Assembly (NCBI GenBank): GCA_041653675.1 | Contig: JBAZEY010000001.1 | Coordinates: 64,098-128,097 of the forward strand | Source of the DNA: Patescibacteria group bacterium | Lineage (GTDB): Bacteria > Patescibacteriota > Patescibacteriia > XYB2-FULL-38-15 | DNA: 64,000 nt | Reading direction: 5' to 3' | Shown: positions 29,300 through 38,345 of the stretch, in pieces | Position numbering within the stretch: position 1 is the stretch's first letter | Layout: each line of letters begins with the position of its first letter | Translations under genes and position numbers: made by a program | The notes under the pieces: model-generated | Told to the model about the DNA's origin: nothing | The model's database searches: none | Seen by the model: the letters and a program-made list of their open reading frames with translations, nothing else

Positions 29300-29339
29300 T
29301 AACCCGTCTGCCGCGAGGGTGGGCGCGTAATTTTTTCTT

Positions 29340-30893
29340 ATGCCCGAAGAGGGAAAGCAGGAAGTTCTAAAGCTCCCGAGCCTCATTGTTTTCGTGAGCA
29401 GTTTTTGTCTGATGGTCTTGGAACTTGTGGCCGGAAGATTAATGGCGCCGTATCTCGGCGTTTCTCTTTATACTTGGACAAGTATTATCGGCATAATTTT
29501 GGCCGGAATAAGTTTGGGAAATTATTTGGGCGGCCGTCTCGCCGACCAGAAACTCTCTCGGCAAATTCTGGGATCAACATTTTTTCTGGCGGGGATTTCT
29601 TCCGCCGCCGTGCTTTATCTTGTCCCAACGCTTGGAACGGTTTTGGGGAAAATGAATTTACCGCTCGCTCTTTCAACCTTTCTTTTTTCACTTGTCATCT
29701 TTTTTCCGGCAAGCATGTTTTTGGGCTGCATCTCGCCGATGGTCATAAAGTTTGATTTAAAAAATCTGGAGCAAACCGGGCGGACAGTCGGAAAAATTTA
29801 CGCCATGAGCACGCTCGGCAGTATTCTTGGAACTTTTGCCACGGGATTCTTTCTAATCTCACTTTTTTCCACAAAATATGTTGTCATTGGAATTTCCGCG
29901 ATTTTGATAATTTTGGGAATTATAATTTTTGGGCAAGGCAGGGGACTCTTAAAAGACAAAGCCAATATTATTTTTAGTTTAATTTTCGTCGGAAGTTTTT
30001 TCCTGCCGCAAAATTGCGACAAAGAAACAAATTACTATTGCATCAAGGCAACCGCGACGGAGACTGCGAGCGAAGCGCAAGGTTATGTTTTGAAACTTGA
30101 CCACTTGATTCATAGTTTTGTTTATCCGGGACAAGAAGAAATTTTGACTTACGAATACGAAAAACTTTATAAATTTTTGACGGACTATTGGTTGAACGAA
30201 AATAGGACAAATAATTTTTCATCGCTCTTTTTAGGCGGCGGGGGATACACGCTTCCCAGATATTTTGAAAAAAATTATTCCGGCGCGAGTTTAGAAGTCG
30301 CGGAAATTGATCCGGGCGTGACGAATTTTAATTATCAAAAATTAAGTTTAAATCCGGAAACAAAAATTAAGACCATAAACCAGGACGCGCGAATATATCT
30401 CCAGCGATTGCCGGCTGACAAAAAATATGATTTAATCTTTGGAGATGCTTTTAACGATTTTTCCGTTCCATATCACCTCACAACCCTTGAATTTGGGAAA
30501 GTGGTAAAAGAGCATTTGGCGCCTGGCGGATTTTACGCCGTGAATGTGATTGATGATTATAAATATGGAAAGTTTGTCAGTTCTTTTGTGAAAACCTTGG
30601 AAAAAATTTTTCCGAATGTTTATCTCGCCCCGCTTGCCCTGGATTGGAAAAAGGAGCATCGAAATACTTTTGTAGTTTTGGCCGGCGAGAAGCCGATAAA
30701 TGAAGAGGGTTGGTCGGCGATTTTGCGAGTGCTTGAGCAAGGCGGGCAATACAGCAATATGGATAAAGCGAGTTTTCTTGTGAGCAAAGATGAGACGCAG
30801 AAATTTTTGGAAGAAAAGGGAGCGATTGTTTTGACCGACGATTATGTTCCGACAGACAATTTGTTAGCTCCGGTTTTCAATTACGCGTATTAA
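29340..30893 (+). CDS. Fused MFS-like / spermidine synthase-like protein
   Basis: LELVAGRLMAPYLGVSLYTWT membrane domain; LFLGGGGY, EIDP, DAR, GDAF, LTDDYVP. Confidence 0.9.
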   Translation: MPEEGKQEVLKLPSLIVFVSSFCLMVLELVAGRLMAPYLGVSLYTWTSIIGIILAGISLGNYLGGRLADQKLSRQILGSTFFLAGISSAAVLYLVPTLGTVLGKMNLPLALSTFLFSLVIFFPASMFLGCISPMVIKFDLKNLEQTGRTVGKIYAMSTLGSILGTFATGFFLISLFSTKYVVIGISAILIILGIIIFGQGRGLLKDKANIIFSLIFVGSFFLPQNCDKETNYYCIKATATETASEAQGYVLKLDHLIHSFVYPGQEEILTYEYEKLYKFLTDYWLNENRTNNFSSLFLGGGGYTLPRYFEKNYSGASLEVAEIDPGVTNFNYQKLSLNPETKIKTINQDARIYLQRLPADKKYDLIFGDAFNDFSVPYHLTTLEFGKVVKEHLAPGGFYAVNVIDDYKYGKFVSSFVKTLEKIFPNVYLAPLALDWKKEHRNTFVVLAGEKPINEEGWSAILRVLEQGGQYSNMDKASFLVSKDETQKFLEEKGAIVLTDDYVPTDNLLAPVFNYAY

Positions 30894-30898
30894 ATTAC

Positions 30899-30969
30899 GG
30901 GGGTGTAGTTCAGTGGTAGAACACTGGTCTCCAAAACCAGGGATGAGGGTCCGATTCCTTCCGCCCCCG
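30899..30969 (+). tRNA. tRNA-Trp(CCA)
   Basis: gggggtg/cgccccc acceptor; ctggt-ctCCAaa-accag. Confidence 0.92.
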
Positions 30970-31076
30970 CTTGGCCAAAGTTACCGTCCGTGACGGTTAT
31001 TTTGGCCAATGAGGTCGGAGTTGGAGAGAAGCCGCGCCCCGTAAGTCCGTTGCGGCCGTTTCTGCACCGAGGAGCC

Positions 31077-31096
31077 TCCGATTCCTTCCGCCCCCG
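31077..31096 (+). repeat. Exact 20-nt copy of the tRNA-Trp 3' end (att-like)
   Basis: tccgattccttccgcccccg identical to 30950-30969. Confidence 0.9.
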
Positions 31097-31140
31097 TGGA
31101 AAATACTGATCTTAGTAGAAAAATAATTTAACTTAAAAAT

Positions 31141-31629
31141 ATGAACAACGAAAATAAAGAATGTTGCCCAAAATTTAATCCGGAAAAATGGAACGAAAAA
31201 ACGTATACCTGGGATAACAAGCCGTTTATAAAAGAAACTATTCCGACGTTTCTTCACATGCCGCTTCCCTCAATGATTGGTAAAAAAGTTACTAAAATGT
31301 GCAAGATGATGGAAGATTCGAAAAAGGCAGAAGCTAACGGTGAGGATGTTTTATTATTGTTCCACGATCCCAGCGCTTTTAAATCGGAAATATTTTTATC
31401 GGTTACCGGTCCGGTGGAAAATGCGAATAATGTGAATCTTTCCGGCACATTTGTTGCTAAAGTTTTTTCCGGCCCGTATAATGCCATTCCAAAATTTATA
31501 AAACAAATTGATGAATATTTGGCGGCGCAAGGAAAGAAAGCTAAGGATTATTATGTTCATTACGCCTACTGCCCCAAGTGCGCGAAAAAATACGGCGATA
31601 ACTATATGATTTTATTCGCCCAGATTTAA
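31141..31629 (+). CDS. Conserved 'hydrolase'-annotated / GyrI-like small protein
   Basis: CCPKFNP..W N-terminus; GPY; YAYCPKCAKKYG C-terminal motif. Confidence 0.7.
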   Translation: MNNENKECCPKFNPEKWNEKTYTWDNKPFIKETIPTFLHMPLPSMIGKKVTKMCKMMEDSKKAEANGEDVLLLFHDPSAFKSEIFLSVTGPVENANNVNLSGTFVAKVFSGPYNAIPKFIKQIDEYLAAQGKKAKDYYVHYAYCPKCAKKYGDNYMILFAQI

Positions 31630-31683
31630 ATTTCCGCCCCCGCCTTGACCGAAACCGCCGCTTTGCGGAGTTAACGTAAATTT

Positions 31684-32790
31684 ATGAAAAAGGCAATTCT
31701 TTACAATGTTATCGGAGTGCTCGCGGTCTTAGCCATAATAATTTTTAAGATATCAATGATCTGGGTAATTCTGGGAGTGTTGGCACTTTTTATTTTTATA
31801 ATTTTTAATCCATTCAGACTTTCCGTTGAGGAGATTCCTAAAGGATTTGCTGAGAAAAAATTTAATACAGGAAAAGTAATCTTAAACTATATTGAAGGCC
31901 CGGATAACGGGCCTCCGCTATTGTTCATCCCGGGGCAGACGGAATTTTGGCAGGGATATAAATTGGTAATTCCGTATTTCGAAAAAAAATATCATGTTTT
32001 TGTCGTTGATGTCAGGGGACACGGAAAATCAACGCATACTCCTGGAGAATATTCATATAACATCATCGGCGAGGATTTCAAAGAATTTTTGAAAAATGTC
32101 GTTAGGAAACCCGCGATTGTATCCGGGCTTTCTTCAGGAGCAATTCTTTCGCTTTGGCTGGCGGCCAATGCGCCCGAACACGTTTCCGCGGCAATCAGCG
32201 AAGACCCGCCGCTTTTTTCTTCCATGTATCCAAGAATCAAGGAAGAAAAATACATGTATCACATTTTTAAAACAATGATAGATACTCTTGAACCGGAAAG
32301 AGATATAAAAAATTATTTTTTATTGCAGGGAATTCCTCATCCTAAAGGCAGAAAAGAACTTTTGCTGATTCCTTCTTGGATAGCCAATTTTATCACCGGA
32401 CTTTTTTATCTCAATAAAAAATTTCGTCCCAAAAAACAATATGACGTGCCCATGGCTCCTTATAGCGGACGAGCGGGTTTCAAGTTTTTGAGCGAATACG
32501 ATGTTGATTTTTCCAAGGCAACAATTGACGGAAGGTTAACCGAAGGATTTGATCCGGAAGAAACATTGAAAAAAATAAAATGCCCAGTTTTGTTAATCCA
32601 GGCAAAGTGCACACGAGATGAAAATTGGGGAATTATCGGAGCGCTGGAAGATGAAGATGTTCAAAAAATCCTCCCGATTGTAAAAAATTTAAAACATGTG
32701 CATGTTGATTCTTTCCACGATGTTCATTTGTCAAAACCAAAGATATTTATCAAAGTGGTTAATGATTATTTGGAAAGTTTAAATAAATAA
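31684..32790 (+). CDS. Alpha/beta hydrolase with N-terminal TM
   Basis: GPPLLFIPG, DVRGHGKS, GLSSG nucleophile elbow, C-terminal His. Confidence 0.88.
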   Translation: MKKAILYNVIGVLAVLAIIIFKISMIWVILGVLALFIFIIFNPFRLSVEEIPKGFAEKKFNTGKVILNYIEGPDNGPPLLFIPGQTEFWQGYKLVIPYFEKKYHVFVVDVRGHGKSTHTPGEYSYNIIGEDFKEFLKNVVRKPAIVSGLSSGAILSLWLAANAPEHVSAAISEDPPLFSSMYPRIKEEKYMYHIFKTMIDTLEPERDIKNYFLLQGIPHPKGRKELLLIPSWIANFITGLFYLNKKFRPKKQYDVPMAPYSGRAGFKFLSEYDVDFSKATIDGRLTEGFDPEETLKKIKCPVLLIQAKCTRDENWGIIGALEDEDVQKILPIVKNLKHVHVDSFHDVHLSKPKIFIKVVNDYLESLNK

Positions 32791-32843
32791 TTTTCCGCCA
32801 AAGGATAAAATATGCCCTTGGCACGACTTCCGTCCCCGCCACT

Positions 32844-33377
32844 ATGCCCAAACTGTCATATCAAAATAGAAGATATACTATCACGTTGTACGACCCAGAT
32901 TGGAAGAAAAATTTTGAAAACGAGGTTAAAATAATTCAACCAATTTTTGCCGGTAAAGCATTACAGATTGAACACATTGGAAGCACTTCTGTCCCGGGTC
33001 TAGCGGGAAAACCAACAATAGATATTCTTGTTTTAGTAAACGATGTTTCTGAAATTGATGGACTAAATAAAAAAATGGAAGATATTGGCTACAAGGTGTT
33101 GGGTGAATATGTGATGCCGGGAGCTCAGCTTTTTGTAAAGGAGAAAAATGATGTTCGACTGGTAAATTTGCACGTATTCCAAAAGGATCATTCCCACGTA
33201 AAAGAAATGCTTCAGCTGCGCGACTATCTTCGCGTTCATCCAGAGGATGTGAAAGAATATAGTGATTTAAAATTTGAGTTAGCCGAAAAGTATCCAAACG
33301 ACTACGCCCAGTACCGTAAATATAAGGATGAGTATATGGAAAGGTTAAAGGATAAAGTAAGAAAAAGTTTTAGTTAA
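32844..33377 (+). CDS. GrpB family (nucleotidyltransferase-like) protein
   Basis: IEHIGSTSVPGLAGKPTIDI; RDYLR; Y...K. Confidence 0.92.
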   Translation: MPKLSYQNRRYTITLYDPDWKKNFENEVKIIQPIFAGKALQIEHIGSTSVPGLAGKPTIDILVLVNDVSEIDGLNKKMEDIGYKVLGEYVMPGAQLFVKEKNDVRLVNLHVFQKDHSHVKEMLQLRDYLRVHPEDVKEYSDLKFELAEKYPNDYAQYRKYKDEYMERLKDKVRKSFS

Positions 33378-33383
33378 ATTTTT

Positions 33384-34022
33384 ATGAAACTTCTTTTAAC
33401 TTCAGTTGGTTGGCGAAAAAATCCCGAAATAGGGAAAGAATTTTTAAAACTTGTCGGGAAAAAACCGTCGGAAGTAAAAATATTTTTAGTCGTGACTCCG
33501 AGAAAATATCTCAAAAGAAATAAATACATATTAAGATTGTTTAGGCAGTTTAAGGTGGCAAAAATTTCGGAAAAAAATGTTACGTTTTTTAAACTTGACA
33601 GAAAGGCCAAAAAGGAAGATTTAAAAAACATTGATGTTGTTTTCGTTTTTGGTGGAAACACTTTTGAGTATTTATACAGAATTAAAAAAACGGGTCTTGA
33701 TAAATTGATAAAAAGTTTTGTCAAAAGGGGCGGAGTTTACGTTGGCTTAAGCGCTGGCAGTTATGTTGCTTGTCCCACGATTGAAGCCGCCGGATGGAAA
33801 CATGCAGATACAAATTTTGTGAAGTTAAAAAATTTAAATGGTTTGAACCTAGTTCCTTTCTTGATAACAGCACATTTCAGTGAAAGATTTCGTCCTATCA
33901 TCGAAAGATCGGCTAAAAACACCAAATATGAAGTTATTGCTTTGACTGATAAGCAGGCGGTGTTAATTAAGGGAAAAAGTAGAAAAATTATTGGAAAAGG
34001 AAAAAAGAATATTCTAAACTAA
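33384..34022 (+). CDS. Peptidase E (S51) family protein
   Basis: LLLTS, GGNTF, YVGLSAG, GLNLV.F...AHF. Confidence 0.85.
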   Translation: MKLLLTSVGWRKNPEIGKEFLKLVGKKPSEVKIFLVVTPRKYLKRNKYILRLFRQFKVAKISEKNVTFFKLDRKAKKEDLKNIDVVFVFGGNTFEYLYRIKKTGLDKLIKSFVKRGGVYVGLSAGSYVACPTIEAAGWKHADTNFVKLKNLNGLNLVPFLITAHFSERFRPIIERSAKNTKYEVIALTDKQAVLIKGKSRKIIGKGKKNILN

Positions 34023-34122
34023 AATTAATTAAGTTCTCGCCCTCGGCGGAGATTCCTTCCGTTCACGCGGAAAATTCTGATTTTAAAACCAGGGACGTGG
34101 GTTTTTAACCCCGCAATACTCT

Positions 34123-35016
34123 ATGCAATTTTTTTCTGATTTATTAATTGTGAAGAGTCTCTCAGTGTATAGTTTTTTATTAGTAGTGATGGTTAGCTTA
34201 ATCAGTTTTTTGTTTATCAAAGACGGATCAAATAAATCTAAAAATCTACAAAAAATAATAGGTGGCTTGTCAGTATTTATTATTGCGATAATTTCCCAAA
34301 ATGGATGGGTTTTTAGTTTATCGGTATTTGTAGGAGGTTTAATAATTGCTAGCGAGGATTTTATGAAGTTTTTTGCGGCAATTATGAAAACTTCCGGAGA
34401 TAAAGTGCCAGAGACAATAGATGCTTTGAATGCGTCAAAGGCAAGTACAAAAGATATTGATAAAAAAATTGAAGAAGAAGGGGCCGGGGCGGACGTTAAA
34501 GTTTTTGGTGAGGAGGAAGGTGGTTTGGAAGTTACGCATTGTGGAGACAAATTAAAGATGGGTTCAAATGATCGCGTAAATGAGAGAATTGCTAAAATAA
34601 AAATAATAGAAGAACAGCTTCAGCCAATTTTGGCCACAGAATTTGGGAAAAATTATGAAAGTAATATGAAAATTACTAAGGGTAAACAATCTTTAGTCGT
34701 TGACGGATTGATTAGAAAGAAAAATAAAATTAGGAAAGTGGTGGAGATTAAATACATTAGTAAGGAAAGTTTCCCGGCCATTAAATATCTAATAGCAAGA
34801 ATACGAGAGAAGCTCGCTAAAATGGATATTTCCAGGAAGATAATGTTGGTTATTGTTTCGGAGACCATGACCGTTGAAATAGCATCAAATATAAGGAAAG
34901 AAAATTGGGGACTTGCCATTTTATGGTTTTTTAAATTTGCTGATAACAAGGTATATCCAATATTAACAAAAGAAGAATTTGTAATACCCAGCGTGTCAGA
35001 GTCTTCAGAGGTATAA
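34123..35016 (+). CDS. Hypothetical 3-TM protein with possible C-terminal PD-(D/E)xK-like domain
   Basis: Three TM segments, then VVDGLI...VVEIKY; AT-rich. Confidence 0.55.
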   Translation: MQFFSDLLIVKSLSVYSFLLVVMVSLISFLFIKDGSNKSKNLQKIIGGLSVFIIAIISQNGWVFSLSVFVGGLIIASEDFMKFFAAIMKTSGDKVPETIDALNASKASTKDIDKKIEEEGAGADVKVFGEEEGGLEVTHCGDKLKMGSNDRVNERIAKIKIIEEQLQPILATEFGKNYESNMKITKGKQSLVVDGLIRKKNKIRKVVEIKYISKESFPAIKYLIARIREKLAKMDISRKIMLVIVSETMTVEIASNIRKENWGLAILWFFKFADNKVYPILTKEEFVIPSVSESSEV

Positions 35017-35027
35017 ATTGATTGTTT

Positions 35028-35996
35028 ATGCCAATCATTGAAATAAAAAACTTAACCAAAAAATACAACGGCTTGACGGCCGTTGATGGTTTGAATTTGG
35101 AAGTTCAAGAAGGGGAGATTTTCGGTTTGCTCGGACCAAACGGCGCGGGAAAGACGACAACCTTGATGATGCTCACCACGCTCGTGAAACCAACCTCGGG
35201 AACCGCTCTCGTCGGCGGATTTGATATTGTAAAAAATCCGGCGGATGTCCGGCGGTCGATTGGCATTGTTTTTCAGGATCCAAGTTCTGATGAAATTTTA
35301 ACCGGTTATGAAAATTTAAAACTCCACGGCATGCTCTACGGTATGCCGGCGAAATTGCGCGAAGAAAGAATTAAGGAAGTTTTGGAACTCGTGGAACTAA
35401 CGGAGCGAAAGAATGATTTAGTAAAAAAATATTCTGGCGGAATGCGGCGGCGGTTGGAAATGGCGCGCGGCTTAATGCACCATCCGAAGATTTTATTTTT
35501 AGACGAGCCGACGCTCGGCCTTGATCCGCAAACGCGCGAACACATTTGGAAATATGTGGACGATCTCGTCCAAAAAGAAAAAATTACAGTTATTATTACA
35601 ACTCATTATATGGACGAGGCGGATAAACTTTGCGACCGGCTCGCGATTATTGATCATGGAAAAATTTCCGCTCTGGATTCGCCCGCGAAATTAAAACAAG
35701 TCGTGGGCGGGGATGTTGTAGTTTTAAAAACCAAAAATCCAAATTTGGAAAATATTAAAAAATTGGAATTTGTAAAAAAAATCCAGACAAAAGACGACAT
35801 AGTTTCTCTTACCGTGACAAACGCCGGCGAACATTTGCCGGAAATTTTAGCAGCCATTGGAAAAGTGGAATCCGTAGAAGTCCATCTGCCAACGCTTGAA
35901 GATGTTTTCCTGCATTATACCGGCCGGGCAATTCGGGAAGCATCGGGCGAGGGCGGATGGGCGGAAAAAGTTATGGCTTTCAGGGCGAAGAAATAG
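35028..35996 (+). CDS. ABC exporter ATP-binding subunit (DrrA-like)
   Basis: GPNGAGKT, YSGGM, LDEPTLGLDP, TTHY. Confidence 0.93.
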   Translation: MPIIEIKNLTKKYNGLTAVDGLNLEVQEGEIFGLLGPNGAGKTTTLMMLTTLVKPTSGTALVGGFDIVKNPADVRRSIGIVFQDPSSDEILTGYENLKLHGMLYGMPAKLREERIKEVLELVELTERKNDLVKKYSGGMRRRLEMARGLMHHPKILFLDEPTLGLDPQTREHIWKYVDDLVQKEKITVIITTHYMDEADKLCDRLAIIDHGKISALDSPAKLKQVVGGDVVVLKTKNPNLENIKKLEFVKKIQTKDDIVSLTVTNAGEHLPEILAAIGKVESVEVHLPTLEDVFLHYTGRAIREASGEGGWAEKVMAFRAKK

Positions 35997-36022
35997 AATC
36001 TAGAAAATAGAAAGTAGAATAT

Positions 36023-36802
36023 ATGAATATACAAAATGAATTAGTCGGAATTTTGGCCGTGTGGTATCGGGAGTTTAAAGTTTTCTTGCGGGAAAAATCA
36101 AGAATCGTGGGGTCAATCGTCACGCCGGTTCTTTGGCTTTTGATTTTCGGCGGGGGATTGGGCAGCAGCGTTTCTATCTCAGGATTAAATTATCAAGCTT
36201 TTATTTTCCCCGGAATCCTTACTCAGGCGGTGCTTTTTTCTTCAGTTTTTTTCGGCGTCTATATCGTTTGGGACAGGAAAGTAGATTTTTTGAAAGAAGT
36301 TTTGGTGGCGCCAATTTCTAGGACTTCAATTTTTATCGGAAAAGTTGTCGGCGGCACGACAGACGCTCTTCTCCAATCTTTGATATTGCTCGTGATCGGC
36401 TGGATTTTCGGCTACTTTGGAATAATTCCCGGACTTCACATCACGATATTTTCTTTTTTTCTCGCGATTTTGGTTTTGTTTATTACGACGACTTCACTCG
36501 TTAGTATTGGTTTGATTGTCGGATCGCAAATGGAAAGCCCGGAAGGATTTCAGCTGATTTCAAGTTTTCTTATTTTCCCGCTTTTCTTCCTCTCCGGCGC
36601 GCTTTTCCCGATTAACAATCTGCCGGCATGGCTCGCACCATTTACTTTTTTAAATCCGATAACTTATTGCGTTGACGCGCTTCGAAACGTTATTCTCGGC
36701 ACGGCGCAATTTTCCTTGGCCCACGATCTGGTAATTATGGCAATCTTTACCGTTGTGGCTATCGCCGTCGGCACTTACTCTTTCAAAAAAATGAAGGTTT
36801 AG
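36023..36802 (+). CDS. ABC-2 type permease (DrrB-like)
   Basis: Six TM; EVLVAPISR, FLSGALFP, NPITY. Confidence 0.9.
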   Translation: MNIQNELVGILAVWYREFKVFLREKSRIVGSIVTPVLWLLIFGGGLGSSVSISGLNYQAFIFPGILTQAVLFSSVFFGVYIVWDRKVDFLKEVLVAPISRTSIFIGKVVGGTTDALLQSLILLVIGWIFGYFGIIPGLHITIFSFFLAILVLFITTTSLVSIGLIVGSQMESPEGFQLISSFLIFPLFFLSGALFPINNLPAWLAPFTFLNPITYCVDALRNVILGTAQFSLAHDLVIMAIFTVVAIAVGTYSFKKMKV

Positions 36803-36869
36803 GGCGAACACTTTTGTGCTCGCCGCTTTCCGTTAAATCGGCTAAAAGCCGATTTTTAGTTTAGTTCCC

Positions 36870-36898
36870 TTGACATAGTTTCTTTTCCGTGTTATACT
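36870..36898 (+). promoter_or_regulatory. Sigma70 promoter of the helicase operon
   Basis: TTGACA-17 nt-TATACT with extended TG. Confidence 0.75.
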
Positions 36899-37015
36899 AA
36901 GTAATCTTAAATAATGTCGCGACTAATTTTTGTCCCGACAAGACTCGAACCTCTTTTGTGTCATGCATTAAATTATGTGGCCCCTACTAGAGAAATCGGG
37001 TCACTAATTTTTTTT

Positions 37016-38332
37016 ATGACACCTAAAACACAAACGGCTGTTCGCTTTAGCGATCTCGGCCTCTCGCAAAAAATGCTTTCCATTTTGGAACGGCAGAATT
37101 TTTCCGTTCCAACTCCTATTCAGCATAAATGTATTCCCTTGGCCCTGGAAGGCCGGGATATCGTGGGTATTGCCCAGACCGGCACGGGCAAGACCCTGGC
37201 TTTCGGTTTACCAATGATTGAGCGATTGGCCAAATGCCGAGGCCAGGCTTTGATTTTAATGCCGACAAGAGAACTTGCCTTGCAGGTTGACGAAGTTTTG
37301 CAAAAAATCGGACGTTCAATCGGTCTCAAAACCGCGGTTGTAATCGGAGGCGCGTCTTCGCATCAGCAATTGCAGATGTTACGCCGCAATCCGCACGTCG
37401 TGGTTTCGACTCCGGGCCGCTTGATTGACCACCTTCATCAAAAAAATTATTCGTTGCGAAACGTAAAAATTATTATTTTGGACGAAGCAGACCGCATGTT
37501 GGATATTGGTTTCGCGCCGCAGTTGAAACAGATTTTATCTGTCGCTCCGAGCGAGAGACAGACAATGCTTTTTTCGGCAACAATGCCGGGAGCAATCGCG
37601 GAGATCGCCAAGGGGCACATGAGAACGCCCATGCGAATTGAAGTGGCGCCGTCGGGCACGCCGGCCGAGAATATTGATCAAAAAATATTTATTGCCAGCA
37701 AAGAACAAAAAATGCAGTTGTTAGATAAAGTTTTAACCGATAATTCTGGAACAGCATTAATTTTTGCCCGCACAAAATTTGGCGCTAAAAAGATTGCGGC
37801 GAATTTAAATGCGTCAGGATACCGCGCGGCGGAAATTCATTCTAACCGCTCGCTAGCTCAGCGCAAGGAAGCGCTTGGCGGTTTTAAATCCGGTAAATAC
37901 CGAGTGCTTGTCGCGACAGATATTGCCGCTCGCGGCATTGATGTGAATGACATCGCCATGGTTATAAATTTTGATTTGCCTGACAATCCGGAAGATTACG
38001 TGCATCGTATCGGACGCACCGGCCGAGCCGGAAATTCCGGCCAGGCAATATCTTTTGCCTCTCCAGGGGAAACATACGATATTCGGCAGATTGAGCGGTT
38101 GATCAGACGGGCGATTCCCGTTGTCGGTTTGCCGGTTTTGCCGCCCCGCCGCGCTAATTTAGTGGAAACCGACCGGGACCAGGGAAGAGGAAACGGAAGT
38201 TATGCCCGCGGCGGAAATCATAATTTTCAAAAACGAAGCGGTGGTTTTAAATATGGCGGCGCTCCAAAACGGCGAGGAGGCGGCCGAGAGTTTGGTTCGT
38301 TCGCGCGCCGCGAGAGTTATGCTCGCATTTAA
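37016..38332 (+). CDS. DEAD-box RNA helicase (RhlE-like)
   Basis: Q motif, AQTGTGKT, PTRELA, DEAD, SAT, HRIGRTGR; RGG-rich tail; ATG at 37016. Confidence 0.95.
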   Translation: MTPKTQTAVRFSDLGLSQKMLSILERQNFSVPTPIQHKCIPLALEGRDIVGIAQTGTGKTLAFGLPMIERLAKCRGQALILMPTRELALQVDEVLQKIGRSIGLKTAVVIGGASSHQQLQMLRRNPHVVVSTPGRLIDHLHQKNYSLRNVKIIILDEADRMLDIGFAPQLKQILSVAPSERQTMLFSATMPGAIAEIAKGHMRTPMRIEVAPSGTPAENIDQKIFIASKEQKMQLLDKVLTDNSGTALIFARTKFGAKKIAANLNASGYRAAEIHSNRSLAQRKEALGGFKSGKYRVLVATDIAARGIDVNDIAMVINFDLPDNPEDYVHRIGRTGRAGNSGQAISFASPGETYDIRQIERLIRRAIPVVGLPVLPPRRANLVETDRDQGRGNGSYARGGNHNFQKRSGGFKYGGAPKRRGGGREFGSFARRESYARI

Positions 38333-38345
38333 GTAAGATTTTTAT

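Noticed and set aside
30950-35016. Prophage or ICE at tRNA-Trp
   Set aside because: No integrase, structural or conjugation genes; only short att-like repeats
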